A stretch of DNA of 64,000 nucleotides from contig JANXBJ010000011.1 in assembly GCA_025057645.1 (NCBI GenBank), positions 24,028 to 88,027 of the forward strand, read 5' to 3'. A program made the translations under genes and the position numbers. The notes under the pieces are model-generated. The model searched no databases. It saw only the letters and a list, made by a program, of their open reading frames with translations, and had not been told where the DNA came from. How positions within the stretch are numbered: the stretch's first letter is position 1; the number at the start of each line of letters is the position of its first letter. This DNA is from Anaerolineales bacterium. GTDB lineage: Bacteria; Chloroflexota; Anaerolineae; Anaerolineales; UBA4823. Of the stretch, positions 36,379-46,263 are shown in pieces.

Positions 36379-36796
36379 GGTCGGAGAGAGACCTGCTTTC
36401 GATGTAAGATTGTAGGAGTACCACAGCGGCATAAGCATCGATGTTCAGGCCCCGCTTTTTACTTTTCGCTCCCATTTCCTTTCGAGCATTCAGGACGATC
36501 TGGGTAGTTTCGTATTCGTCGTGAAGCACAACGGGAATCTGAGTTCGGGCGCGGATGGCTTGGGCGAGGTTGAGCGAGCGGCGGCCTTGCAAAGTGGGTT
36601 GTTGGTCAAGGCCAAGCGCCTGGCCAACAAGGATTAGGTCGACACCGTGTTGTTCGGCTAGTGCCGCAATGCGGCCTGCATCGACTTGCTTGGAACAGTG
36701 CGGAATCACGGTTAGGGGAAAGGCAACCCTTCCCGAAGGATCGCTGATGGCGATACCGATGCGTTTCTGGCCGGGGTCAACGGCGAGGATTCTCAT
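36368..36796 (-). CDS. ruvX: Holliday junction resolvase-like protein RuvX/YqgF
   Basis: 'MRILAVDPGQKRIGIAISD', 'DERLTT'-like 'HDEYETT'. ATGA overlap with the upstream gene. Confidence 0.88.
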   Translation of the reverse strand: MRILAVDPGQKRIGIAISDPSGRVAFPLTVIPHCSKQVDAGRIAALAEQHGVDLILVGQALGLDQQPTLQGRRSLNLAQAIRARTQIPVVLHDEYETTQIVLNARKEMGAKSKKRGLNIDAYAAVVLLQSYIESRSLSDHAE

Positions 36797-38295
36797 CTTT
36801 CCACGAGAATCGCAAGACGCACGGGTAACAAGGGAAAAATTGGAAACCATTGCGGGAAAATTTCGATCTTTGGTGCTTCGGAGAGAGGGTAGATTTGTTG
36901 GAGACGATACAAGCCGCTTCGGATCGGTCTACCGACCAGAAGACTACGCACTTGTTCGGCATCGATGTCTGGTTGAATCTCACGGGATAGCTTTAGCGTG
37001 CAGCGGTAGTCACCGCTTTCTGTTTGCAGAAAGTCCTCCTGACATTGAGCCGAGAACGTCTCCTCCAGCGGCAGGTAACCGACAGGCAATGTGGGAGCAA
37101 GGATTTGATTGCCGAAATCTACGAGAGTCGATTGAGTAATTATGCCAAACAGGACATCTAACTCCAATTCCAGAGAGATTGAGGTGGCGGCAATGATTTC
37201 GCTTGGGGTATAGTGCTGACGCATTACCTGAGTCTTGATTGCCGAATCGGGTAGCAATAGATCCCCCTCGCCAAGTTCTGTTTTCACGAGCTCCTTGGCT
37301 CGCTCGATCAATTCGGAACGCAACTGCTCAAGGAGAGATCGCCGATCGAGCTCGCTTGGAGCAGGTGCGGTTATATCGCTGCCACCGTGGATCGGCCCAG
37401 GGTTCTCGACACTCACTTTTGGCCCTAACCACCCTTCCACCGCTCTGATTTCATTCGCTTGGGCGTTTTGGGACTCGCCGGCCTCTAAAGCTTGAACAGG
37501 AACCGTGGCGCGCTTCGCCTCGCCGGTTTGGAGTTGGACCGCTCGTTGAGTAGCATAACGGCGTGGCTTGGCATCGAGGGTACGCACAATAGTACCGGCA
37601 GGGACTTCAAGAGGTTGTTCGGTGAGATTGGTAAGCAGGACTTCTCCTCGGGCAAACTCCTTTGGCAGGGTGATTGAGCCGGTGGTTTTTGCGCTTCTCT
37701 TGCCGCTTACTGTGACCTTGAGGGTAGAAATCGGGAGTTCTCCGGAAATGCGGGCGCGGTCAACCCGCGCAGTAGCGAGGATCGGAACGAGCATCCTCTG
37801 GGTTTGAGTCTCGGGCTTGATACGAATAGTGGCACGGGGTGTGAGCGCAGCAAGAAGGCTGAGCACTGCGAGGATGCCCAAGGAGAACCAAAGCAGTCTT
37901 AGCCCTAGGGGGATTTTGCGTCTTGCGGCCAACCGAAGCTGTTGGATTTGTACGTCGAGGGGGGGCTTATTGGACCTCGGGTTGGTGGGAGTACAAGCGT
38001 AAGAGGGATACTTTACTTGCCATTCTGTTCGGTGAGCCTTTTGGATCGAAGGATAAGTCGGGAGCTCAATTTCTCTTGCCAGGGCTTTGAGCAGAGGATC
38101 GCTGGTTACCAGAGCTATCTGGCAACCCTTTTGGAGAGCATATCTTTGTAAACGGAGAAGTTCGAGTTTGTTGCGCAAGATTCTCTTGCGTTGGGGAAGG
38201 ACGAGCAAGACTCGCTCGGTTTGGGTCCAGCTAATCTTGTCAAGAATTGAAATGAGATCATCAAAAGGTTCCAGTTGGAGAATTTGGGTTTTCAT
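36793..38295 (-). CDS. Hypothetical single-pass membrane protein (500 aa)
   Basis: Long ORF translationally coupled to ruvX. It has one central TM 'LRLLWFSLGILAVLSLLAAL' and no motif I can assign to a family. Confidence 0.55.
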   Translation of the reverse strand: MKTQILQLEPFDDLISILDKISWTQTERVLLVLPQRKRILRNKLELLRLQRYALQKGCQIALVTSDPLLKALAREIELPTYPSIQKAHRTEWQVKYPSYACTPTNPRSNKPPLDVQIQQLRLAARRKIPLGLRLLWFSLGILAVLSLLAALTPRATIRIKPETQTQRMLVPILATARVDRARISGELPISTLKVTVSGKRSAKTTGSITLPKEFARGEVLLTNLTEQPLEVPAGTIVRTLDAKPRRYATQRAVQLQTGEAKRATVPVQALEAGESQNAQANEIRAVEGWLGPKVSVENPGPIHGGSDITAPAPSELDRRSLLEQLRSELIERAKELVKTELGEGDLLLPDSAIKTQVMRQHYTPSEIIAATSISLELELDVLFGIITQSTLVDFGNQILAPTLPVGYLPLEETFSAQCQEDFLQTESGDYRCTLKLSREIQPDIDAEQVRSLLVGRPIRSGLYRLQQIYPLSEAPKIEIFPQWFPIFPLLPVRLAILVER

Positions 38296-38301
38296 AAAAT
38301 G

Positions 38302-41073
38302 CTACTGCATTGCCGGTTGCGACTGGATGCTGCGGCTTTTTTGAAGAAGCCACTCTTCGGCTCGGATAAATGTCTGATCGAGCTTTGCTCCCTCTTTTCC
38401 ACCTGCCTGAGCCAAGTTGGGCCGACCCCCGCCCCCGCCCCCGAGGGGTTCAGCCAAATAGCGCACAAGTTCTACAGCATTCCATCCTTGCTGAACCAGG
38501 TCGTCAGTGATGCCGACAACCAATTGTGGCTGTCGGTTTGGCTCGCTGGAGAGAACGATCACACCCCTGCTAGAGGTCTTTTGTCTGAACAAGTCAACGA
38601 GTTGGCGGAGAGTGTGGAGCTCAGCGTCGGGGAAATGCATAGCCAAGAAAGTTATCCCATTGAGCTGTTTTTGGCGAACAGGCCAATGCTTCTCGAATTC
38701 GTGGCGGAGAACTTGTTGTCTCAAGGTCAGGTTCTGCTTTTGAGTGTTTTCAAGCTCTTGGATTAGGTTTTCCAGCCTTGGTAAGACGTTTTCGGGAGAC
38801 ACCGAGAGGCGCTCTGCTACCTCCGACAGGGTGCGCAAACGACTCGAAGCGATTTCGTAAGCCCTTTGCCCGGTTACGGCCTCGATACGGCGAATGCCGG
38901 CGGCGGCACTGCTTTCAGAGAGGATCAAGAAGAGGTGAATTTCACCGGTATGTTGCACATGAGTGCCGCCACACAACTCGTTCGAGAGAATTTCCGTATC
39001 GCCGATCTTAACGTTACGGACAATTTCGGCGTATTTTTCTCCGAACAAAGCGATAGCGCCTTCCTCTATTGCCTTTTGCAAGGGCTTGAATTCCACATGG
39101 AGAGGATAATCTTCAAGAATATCCCGGTTGACGCCGTCCTGGATCGCTTGGAGTTGCTCCGGAGATAGAGGTTCGGGATGCGTGAAATCGAACCGGAGTC
39201 GATCCGGAGCAACTAAGGAGCCGGCTTGACGGGCATGTTCGCCCAACACTCGGCGGAGGTGGCGGTGCAAGAGGTGGGTTGCGGTATGATTGCGCATGAT
39301 ATCTTTACGGCGGTGACGGTCGACCAGAGCAATTGCCTTGTCTCCCACTTTCGGTTCGCCTTGAAGCACTTTGCCAACGTGGACGAGGATGCCTGCAGCA
39401 GGCTTGCGCATCTCTTCGACCTCAATTTGCCAATCGTTTCCATCCAGAGAGCGAATCCAGCCGGTGTCTGAAACTTGACCACCGCTCTCGAGGTAGAAGC
39501 AGGTCTGGGGCAGGAGAATTTCCACTTTTTGACCGGGTCGGGCGTGAAAAATTGATGTGCCCTCACTCACGATCGCCAGAACTTCTCCTGTGGTTGATAA
39601 CTGGGAGTAAGGATCGTGCTTGACCCCTTCGGGAGGCAATTTGTTCTGTTGAGTGAGTTGCTCGAAGATTTGCCGATAGATATCCACATCTTCCCCACCC
39701 AATTCGCCGAATGCTTCACCAGCCCCCGAAGCTAGGCGATGCTCTTCCATCGCTTGGTGGAATCCCGGTTCATCGACAGAGAAGCCGTTTTCCAAGAGGA
39801 TGTCCCTCGTGATCTCCAAGGGCAGACCATAAGTAGCGTAAAGGTCGAAAGCTAGCTCACCTTCAAGGATGGATTTGCCCCGCTCGCGCAACCGTTCTAT
39901 CAGGTTCTCTAGTTTCGTGAGGCCTGTTTCCAAGGTTCTGTGGAAACGAACTTCCTCGCGAGTGATAGCGTCGCAGATCGCTTTGCGGTTGCGTTCGAGT
40001 TCTGGGTAGAATTCACCATATCGGTCGATGACGACTTCGGCAACTTTGGCTAAGAAGGGTTCTCGCAACCCAATCTTGCTTCCGAAGCGGGCAGCACGGC
40101 GAATGATCATCCGGCAGATATAATTACGACCGACGTTGCCCGGAACAACGCCATCAGCGATCAGGAAGGTGGCTGCACGAGAGTGGTCAGCGATGACCCG
40201 ATAGGGGGTAATATTCTCCTCGCGTTCCGCATCTGAATGACCTGCAAGCGATTGGACACATTCGAGCATCGGCCAGAACAGGTCGGTGCGGTAATTCGAA
40301 GAAACATTTTGCAGGACCGAAACGATGCGTTCCAAGCCCATTCCGGTGTCGACATGTTTCTCAGGAAGAGGTTCTAGCTCGGTTGGACTGAGCCGGTTGT
40401 ATTGAATGAAGACCAGATTCCACAGCTCCAGGAAACGTTGGCAGCCTCCGTTAACACGACATACGTGTCCGGGTTGACCTCTCTTGTCGCAATACTCTGG
40501 CCCTCGGTCAATGTGAATCTCGCTGCAAGGCCCACAAGGGCCGATCTCGGCCATTTCCCAGAAGTTTTCTTTGCGCCCGAAGAAGAGCACATGATCCGGG
40601 TTCATGCCCGGTTGTGAGCGCCAATTCTCAGCCGCTTCGGTATCTTCGGGGATGACGCCCATTTCGTCGCGGAAGCAAGTTGCCCACAAACGCTCCTTGG
40701 GCAGTTTCCAGACTTCGGTGAGCAACTCCCAGGCCCATGCGATGGCTTCCCTTTTGTAATAATCCCCAAAGGACCAGTTGCCGAGCATTTCGAAGAAGGT
40801 GTGGTGAGTGTCGTCTCGCCCGACATCTTCTAGGTCATTATGTTTACCGGCTACGCGCATACATTTTTGGGAGTTGGCAGCCCTTTTGTAGGGGCGTTTT
40901 TCAATCCCCAAAAACACATCCTTAAATTGAACCATCCCTGAGTTGGTGAAGAGCAGGGTTTGGTCTCCACCGGGAACAAGGCTGGAGGACGGCACAAACG
41001 TGTGGCCCCGTGCAACGAAAAAATCGATAAATTCCTTGCGCACTCTCGCCCCAGAAAACCGTTCAGCCGACAT
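38302..41073 (-). CDS. alaS: Alanine--tRNA ligase
   Basis: 'FVPSSSLVP..DQTLLFTNSGMVQFK', 'RVAGKHNDLEDVG', 'HHTFFEMLGNWSFGDY', editing-domain 'HTATHLL', 'CGGTH', C-terminal DHHA1 'GGGGGGRPNLAQAGG'. Confidence 0.93.
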   Translation of the reverse strand: MSAERFSGARVRKEFIDFFVARGHTFVPSSSLVPGGDQTLLFTNSGMVQFKDVFLGIEKRPYKRAANSQKCMRVAGKHNDLEDVGRDDTHHTFFEMLGNWSFGDYYKREAIAWAWELLTEVWKLPKERLWATCFRDEMGVIPEDTEAAENWRSQPGMNPDHVLFFGRKENFWEMAEIGPCGPCSEIHIDRGPEYCDKRGQPGHVCRVNGGCQRFLELWNLVFIQYNRLSPTELEPLPEKHVDTGMGLERIVSVLQNVSSNYRTDLFWPMLECVQSLAGHSDAEREENITPYRVIADHSRAATFLIADGVVPGNVGRNYICRMIIRRAARFGSKIGLREPFLAKVAEVVIDRYGEFYPELERNRKAICDAITREEVRFHRTLETGLTKLENLIERLRERGKSILEGELAFDLYATYGLPLEITRDILLENGFSVDEPGFHQAMEEHRLASGAGEAFGELGGEDVDIYRQIFEQLTQQNKLPPEGVKHDPYSQLSTTGEVLAIVSEGTSIFHARPGQKVEILLPQTCFYLESGGQVSDTGWIRSLDGNDWQIEVEEMRKPAAGILVHVGKVLQGEPKVGDKAIALVDRHRRKDIMRNHTATHLLHRHLRRVLGEHARQAGSLVAPDRLRFDFTHPEPLSPEQLQAIQDGVNRDILEDYPLHVEFKPLQKAIEEGAIALFGEKYAEIVRNVKIGDTEILSNELCGGTHVQHTGEIHLFLILSESSAAAGIRRIEAVTGQRAYEIASSRLRTLSEVAERLSVSPENVLPRLENLIQELENTQKQNLTLRQQVLRHEFEKHWPVRQKQLNGITFLAMHFPDAELHTLRQLVDLFRQKTSSRGVIVLSSEPNRQPQLVVGITDDLVQQGWNAVELVRYLAEPLGGGGGGRPNLAQAGGKEGAKLDQTFIRAEEWLLQKSRSIQSQPAMQ

Positions 41074-41200
41074 GTTCTCACCTCAGAAGGAAAGGGTTAT
41101 GCGTATTATACCCAAGCACGGCTCGCTCGGGGTGTCTTAATGGTTTCGTTTGGGCTGGGTTATAATCTGGGATAGGAAGTTGAAGAGATCCCGAACTCAG

Positions 41201-41914
41201 ATGGACTTGATGTCGTCTCCCCATCCAAACAGCTTGAGATCCTATAGGATTGCGGCAATTCTGCCCGTTTATAACGAGGAGAGAGGTGTTCAAGAGGTTT
41301 TGAGGGTCCTCCAGGAAGTTCCAACAATTCATGAGGTGATTGTGGTTGATGATGGTTCGCAAGACCGGAGCATGCAGATTATTCTTCAATCTCAGCAGTC
41401 CGATCCGAGGATGAGGTTGGTTGTCCATCCGAGAAATCAGGGCAAAGGTAGGGCGGTATATTCGGGTTTATGCTATACTCAGGCGCAGTTGATTGTGATG
41501 CTTGATGCGGATCTAAGAGGTTTGTGCGCGTGTCACGTCGAAGACTTAATCCTGCCGATGGTTGCCGAGCAGTTGGATATGACGATTGGAATTTTTCGGA
41601 GAGGAAAGTTTTACTCCGATTTCAGCCACTGGGCGACTCCTTGGCTTTCCGGTCAGCGGTGCATCTGGAGAAAGAATCTCGAAAGAATCTGTTGGAGGGC
41701 TGCAGAAGGGTACGGCTTGGAGACGGCACTGACTGTTGCCAGCTTGCGCTATAAGTGGAAATGCAAGAAGGTGATCTGGGCGGGGGTTTCACATTTGCCA
41801 AGCGAGATGCATCGAGGCTTCTTCGCCGGCCTCCTCAATCGGGCAAAGATGTATTCGCAGATCGGACGGGCGTTCCTCCTTGCCAGTCTATACACCGAAA
41901 GTCGATCGCACTGA
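41201..41914 (+). CDS. Family 2 glycosyltransferase (polyprenol-phosphate sugar synthase-like)
   Basis: 'IAAILPVYNEE', 'VVDDGSQDRS', 'NQGKGRA', 'LDADL'. The start is uncertain among 41150, 41201 and 41210. Confidence 0.75.
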   Translation: MDLMSSPHPNSLRSYRIAAILPVYNEERGVQEVLRVLQEVPTIHEVIVVDDGSQDRSMQIILQSQQSDPRMRLVVHPRNQGKGRAVYSGLCYTQAQLIVMLDADLRGLCACHVEDLILPMVAEQLDMTIGIFRRGKFYSDFSHWATPWLSGQRCIWRKNLERICWRAAEGYGLETALTVASLRYKWKCKKVIWAGVSHLPSEMHRGFFAGLLNRAKMYSQIGRAFLLASLYTESRSH

Positions 41915-41921
41915 AGGGCTT

Positions 41922-43496
41922 ATGAACATCGCCGAACGCAAGTTTGTTTACCTAGCGGTGTTTATAGCTGGGATGACCGCTTTGGCTGTTGAGATCAGCG
42001 CTTCCCGCCTCATTGGGAGTGTCTATGGCAACAGCAATCTTGTTTGGGCCTCGATCATTGGGCTGATCCTTATCTTTCTCGCTGTAGGATATTGGCTTGG
42101 GGGGAGTTTGGCCGATCGACACCCTTCGCCGATTTGGATGTACCAGCTCTTAGGGTGGGGAGGATTTTCCACTGGGTTAATCCCTTTGGTTTCACAGCCC
42201 ATTCTGCGCTACGCAGCTCAGGCTTTTGACGAGTTGAACCTGGGCGTGTTGTTCGGTTCCTTTAGCGTGGTCCTAGTCCTGTTTAGCGTCCCCGTCACTT
42301 TATTAGGAATGATTTCCCCTTTTGCGATCCGCCTGCTGGTAGAGGACCGTCAGTCCTCGGGAAAGACTGCGGGGAAGCTATATGCCTTGTCCACTCTAGG
42401 TTCTTTTTTGGGAGCATTTCTGCCGGTCTTGATTACGATTCCCCTTATCGGCACCTATCGTACGTTCTATTCCTTAGGCCTAGTGGTCTGCCTGACGAGC
42501 TTAGTAGGAGCATGGAGGCACAAGTGGACCCTGAGGGTTTTGTTTGGTAGTATGTCCCTCTGTCTGCTTCTCTGCATAATTTATCTTGGTTCGAGGCCAC
42601 TCAAGAGCAGTTTGGGACAAATCTATGAGGGCGAGTCGGCTTATAACTACATTCAGGTACTGGAGCGAAGTGGCTACCGTTATTTACGCTTGAACGAAGG
42701 CCAGGGAATCCATTCGATGTGGCATGAGAGCGAGTTGTTTTATGGTGGGCCGTGGGAGCAGTTTCTTGCTGCGCCGTTCTTTAACCTTGCGCCCGATGGA
42801 GGAGTTTACGAACCGAGCAACGTCCGGAGGATAGCGATTATCGGTTTGGCTGCCGGAACCACCGCCCGCCAGGCGACAAGGGTCTTTGGGCCGATCCCGA
42901 TTGATGGGTATGAGATTGACCCAATGGTCATCCGAATCGGTCAAGAGTACTTCGGGATGACTCTAACAAACCTAAATGCTATCGCCCAAGATGGACGTTG
43001 GGGGATAGCACACAGTCCTTATCGTTACCAACTGATTGTGGTCGATGCCTATCTCCCGCCTTACATCCCGTGGCATCTGACCACGGTCGAGTTTTTCCAA
43101 ATCCTCTTCGAGCGTCTGACCGAAGATGGCGTGGTGGCTGTTAATGTTGGGCGTGCTCCTAAAGATCGTCGTCTAATTGAGGGTTTTGTCGGCACGTTGA
43201 AGGTCGTCTTCCCTTCAGTTTATGTCATGGACCTTCCGGGCACTTTTAATTCAATCCTCTATGCGACCAAATCGCCCACTCGCGTTGAGAACTTTTACCG
43301 CAACTTGTTGGCCTTTTACCAGAGGGAGGATATTCATCCCTTGTTGATCGAAGTGATGCAACGGTTCGTACTTTACCAACAGCCCCTGCCCCAGTCGAAG
43401 CTCGTCTTTACTGATGACCGCGCTCCAATTGAATGGATGACCAATTTATTGATGATAAATTTCTTACTTTCCGGCGAAGTGGAGAGTTTGCAATGA
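41922..43496 (+). CDS. Fused polytopic membrane / spermidine-synthase-like methyltransferase-fold protein
   Basis: About 7 N-terminal TM segments, then 'IAIIGLAAGTTARQ' and 'VVDAY' (SpeE-like Rossmann motifs). Confidence 0.75.
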   Translation: MNIAERKFVYLAVFIAGMTALAVEISASRLIGSVYGNSNLVWASIIGLILIFLAVGYWLGGSLADRHPSPIWMYQLLGWGGFSTGLIPLVSQPILRYAAQAFDELNLGVLFGSFSVVLVLFSVPVTLLGMISPFAIRLLVEDRQSSGKTAGKLYALSTLGSFLGAFLPVLITIPLIGTYRTFYSLGLVVCLTSLVGAWRHKWTLRVLFGSMSLCLLLCIIYLGSRPLKSSLGQIYEGESAYNYIQVLERSGYRYLRLNEGQGIHSMWHESELFYGGPWEQFLAAPFFNLAPDGGVYEPSNVRRIAIIGLAAGTTARQATRVFGPIPIDGYEIDPMVIRIGQEYFGMTLTNLNAIAQDGRWGIAHSPYRYQLIVVDAYLPPYIPWHLTTVEFFQILFERLTEDGVVAVNVGRAPKDRRLIEGFVGTLKVVFPSVYVMDLPGTFNSILYATKSPTRVENFYRNLLAFYQREDIHPLLIEVMQRFVLYQQPLPQSKLVFTDDRAPIEWMTNLLMINFLLSGEVESLQ

Positions 43497-44146
43497 AAAC
43501 CTTGGTGCTCAATGGGCTCTGGAAGCTTGTTTCCCTGCTCACACCTGTGCTCTTGACCCTCACTGCGGTGAGGTTGCTCATGACACCCGCTTTTCTGCAA
43601 GTTGAATATAACCTACCCGGTTTTCCTGCGGATCCTTACGGTTTTACCAAAGAGGAGCGTCTTTATTGGTCTGGGATCGCTTTAGAGTATCTTCTGAACG
43701 AGGCCGGGATCGAATTTCTGGCCGACTTGCGTTTTGCGGATGGTACTCCGGTGTATAACCAGCGGGAGTTGCGTCATATGGTCGATGTTAAGGACGTGGT
43801 GCAAGCGACCTTGAGGGTGTGGTATGGAGTGCTGGTCTTCTTCGCCGGCGTGTCCATTTTTGCTTGGAGAAGTGGGAGATGGGCGGAGTTTCGGGTTGCC
43901 TTGCGGCAAGGCGGTCTTTGGACAGTGCTCTTGTTAGGAGTTATACTTCTGTTTGTCTTAGTAAGCTTTGGGGTGTTTTTTGTGGCTTTTCACAATGTCT
44001 TTTTTGAACCGGGCACCTGGGTGTTTCATTGGTCAGATACTCTCATCCGTCTCTTCCCCGAACGATTCTGGCGCGATGCTTTTCTATTCGTCGGCGGTTT
44101 GGCAATGTTAGGTGGGTTGATCCTATGGAGGTGGAAAACGGAGTGA
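43493..44146 (+). CDS. TIGR01906/DUF1461-like integral membrane protein
   Basis: About 217 aa and 4 TM segments. 'FTKEERLYWS', 'ELRHMVDVK' and 'FHNVFFEPGTWVF' match the DUF1461 pattern as I recall it. ATGA overlap with the upstream gene. Confidence 0.6.
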   Translation: MKTLVLNGLWKLVSLLTPVLLTLTAVRLLMTPAFLQVEYNLPGFPADPYGFTKEERLYWSGIALEYLLNEAGIEFLADLRFADGTPVYNQRELRHMVDVKDVVQATLRVWYGVLVFFAGVSIFAWRSGRWAEFRVALRQGGLWTVLLLGVILLFVLVSFGVFFVAFHNVFFEPGTWVFHWSDTLIRLFPERFWRDAFLFVGGLAMLGGLILWRWKTE

Positions 44147-44153
44147 AACCCGT

Positions 44154-44195
44154 CAAAAAACCGCTCGGTTTTCAGAAGAACCGAGCGGTTTTTTG
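44154..44195. terminator. Bidirectional rho-independent terminator between convergent genes
   Basis: A-run, 10-bp stem ccgctcggtt / aaccgagcgg with loop ttcagaag, then a T-run (tttttt). Confidence 0.75.
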
Positions 44196-44226
44196 CCCTT
44201 GATCAGCCCGCACAATCGGTTTGTAG

Positions 44227-44991
44227 CTAGACTTTAGCTTTTCCCTGGGCTGCTACCGCTTCCGCAGCTTTGCGGACCGTTTCTTCGTCGGCTAGGTAGT
44301 AGTGTCTGATGGGCTTCAAGTCTTCATCTAGCTCATAAACCAGAGGAATGCCGGTAGGGATGTTCAGCTCCACAATATCTTCGTCTGAAATGTTGTCCAG
44401 ATACTTCACTAAAGCGCGCAGGCTGTTGCCGTGGGCCGAGATCAGGACGCGCTTGCCACTTTTGATGGTTGGAGCAATGGTGCTAAACCAAAATGGGAGC
44501 ATTCGGTTGACCGTGTCTTTGAGCGACTCGCAACTAGGGAGTTGATCACGACTCAGGGAGGCATAACGTCGATCAAACCGTGGATGGCGGGGATCATCCC
44601 AGTCTAAGGGAGGCGGGGGTACATCATAGCTCCGTCGCCAAAGCTTGACTTGGGCCTCTCCGTATTTGGCAGCCATTTCTGCCTTGTTTAGACCTTGGAG
44701 TGCGCCGTAGTGGCGCTCGTTTAGTTGCCAAGCGTTGACAACCGGCAGCCATTCCAGTTCCATTTCTTCTAGAATAATCCACAGGGTTTTAATTGCCCTT
44801 TTGAGCACCGAGGTGAAGGCGATGTCAAACTCGAAGTTTTGTTCTCGAAGCACTCTGCCGGCGTAGATTGCCTCTTGGACTCCCTGCTCGGTTAGACCCA
44901 CATCTGTCCAACCGGTAAATCGGTTTTCCAAATTCCACACGCTTTGTCCGTGGCGGACTAGGACAAGTTTGTAAGGGGATGTTTGTGCCAT
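44227..44991 (-). CDS. gpmA: 2,3-bisphosphoglycerate-dependent phosphoglycerate mutase
   Basis: '[20 protein letters not shown]', 'ERHYGALQG', '[10 protein letters not shown]'. Confidence 0.9.
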   Translation of the reverse strand: MAQTSPYKLVLVRHGQSVWNLENRFTGWTDVGLTEQGVQEAIYAGRVLREQNFEFDIAFTSVLKRAIKTLWIILEEMELEWLPVVNAWQLNERHYGALQGLNKAEMAAKYGEAQVKLWRRSYDVPPPPLDWDDPRHPRFDRRYASLSRDQLPSCESLKDTVNRMLPFWFSTIAPTIKSGKRVLISAHGNSLRALVKYLDNISDEDIVELNIPTGIPLVYELDEDLKPIRHYYLADEETVRKAAEAVAAQGKAKV

Positions 44992-45043
44992 AGTGTAACC
45001 TCCGTTGTTAGCCAGGTTGAACTTCAGGTGGGTGCGTTTTCCA

Positions 45044-46144
45044 TTAACGCACAGCTAACTCGGTTGTTGGATCGAAGAGGTGCATATTGGCCATATTGAA
45101 GACCACTTGAGCCCGTTGGTTGATCGTGTAGCGTGACCGTGGGTCAACGCGGGCGATAAAGTTATGCTCGCCTGACTTTAGATAGACAAAGATTTCGTTC
45201 CCCATCAATTCGGTTACGTCGACCACGGCTTCGACCGGTTGGGCAAGAATGCCCGGTGGGGCAAATTCCGGGTTGTAAATATCTTCAGGGCGAATCCCCA
45301 AGATCACTGGCCGGTCAATATAAGGAGCATAGACTGCATGGCGGTCGCTGGGAACTTCGACTGCGAAGGTTTTTGCATCCACATACATCTTGCCATTGTC
45401 ACGGCGAAGATGGGCAGGGAAGAAATTCATTGCCGGCGAACCGATGAATCCGGCCACGAACAGGTTCTTCGGTTTGTCGTATAAGTTTTGAGGAGTATCG
45501 ATTTGTTGAAGGACGCCGTGGTTGAGGACTGCGATGCGCGTTGCCATGGTCATGGCTTCGACTTGGTCATGGGTAACATAAATGAAGGTGGTTTGAAGTT
45601 GGAGGTGAAGTTTGCTGATATTGGCGCGCGTTTCAACGCGCAGCTTTGCGTCCAGGTTAGAGAGGGGTTCATCAAAGAGAAAAACCTTCGGCTCGCGTAC
45701 GATGGCTCGACCAACGGCTACTCTTTGGCGCTGACCACCGGAAAGTTGGCGAGGGCGGCGATTGAGCAGATCTTGAATCCCTAGGAGTTCGGCGGCTTGG
45801 TGAACGCGGCGTTTGATTTCCTCTTTCGGTACCTTGCGCAACTTTAGGGCAAAGGCCATGTTGTCGAAAACGCTCATGTGAGGGTACAAAGCGTAGGACT
45901 GAAAGACCATTGCAATGTCGCGGTCTTTTGGAGGGATATCGTTGACAACCTGGTTGTCGATCAAGATCCGCCCCGACGTGACGTCTTCCAATCCGGCCAA
46001 GCACCGCAGCGCAGTTGACTTTCCACACCCCGAAGGACCTACAAGGACTAAAAACTCTTTATCCTCAATATGGATATTGAGATCATTTACGGCGACAACA
46101 TCACCGAACCTTTTCGTGACATGGTCGAACGTTACGCTTGCCAT
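45044..46144 (-). CDS. Carbohydrate-type ABC transporter ATP-binding protein (MalK/UgpC/MsmX-like)
   Basis: Walker A 'GPSGCGKST', signature '[10 protein letters not shown]', Walker B '[11 protein letters not shown]', and a C-terminal TOBE-like domain. There are no adjacent permease or binding-protein genes. Confidence 0.88.
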   Translation of the reverse strand: MASVTFDHVTKRFGDVVAVNDLNIHIEDKEFLVLVGPSGCGKSTALRCLAGLEDVTSGRILIDNQVVNDIPPKDRDIAMVFQSYALYPHMSVFDNMAFALKLRKVPKEEIKRRVHQAAELLGIQDLLNRRPRQLSGGQRQRVAVGRAIVREPKVFLFDEPLSNLDAKLRVETRANISKLHLQLQTTFIYVTHDQVEAMTMATRIAVLNHGVLQQIDTPQNLYDKPKNLFVAGFIGSPAMNFFPAHLRRDNGKMYVDAKTFAVEVPSDRHAVYAPYIDRPVILGIRPEDIYNPEFAPPGILAQPVEAVVDVTELMGNEIFVYLKSGEHNFIARVDPRSRYTINQRAQVVFNMANMHLFDPTTELAVR

Positions 46145-46227
46145 GGTTTTTCTCCTTTCTATCCGTATATCGTACTTCTATTATAGCACAGCTCTGGGAG
46201 AGAAGAAGGGCTGCTCCTTATCTTCTC

Positions 46228-46256
46228 TTGTCGAAACTTTCATGGCATTTTAGAAT
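46228..46256 (+). promoter_or_regulatory. Candidate promoter for mutS
   Basis: TTGTCG (46228-46233), a 17-nt spacer, TAGAAT (46251-46256). The ATG lies only 7 nt downstream of the -10 and has no SD. Confidence 0.4.
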
Positions 46257-46263
46257 GTAAAGT

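Noticed and set aside
36555-37139. 194-aa plus-strand ORF spanning the ruvX/hypothetical gene junction
   Set aside because: It is antisense to ruvX (clear YqgF motifs), and its Arg/Ser/Pro-rich composition is typical of shadow ORFs.
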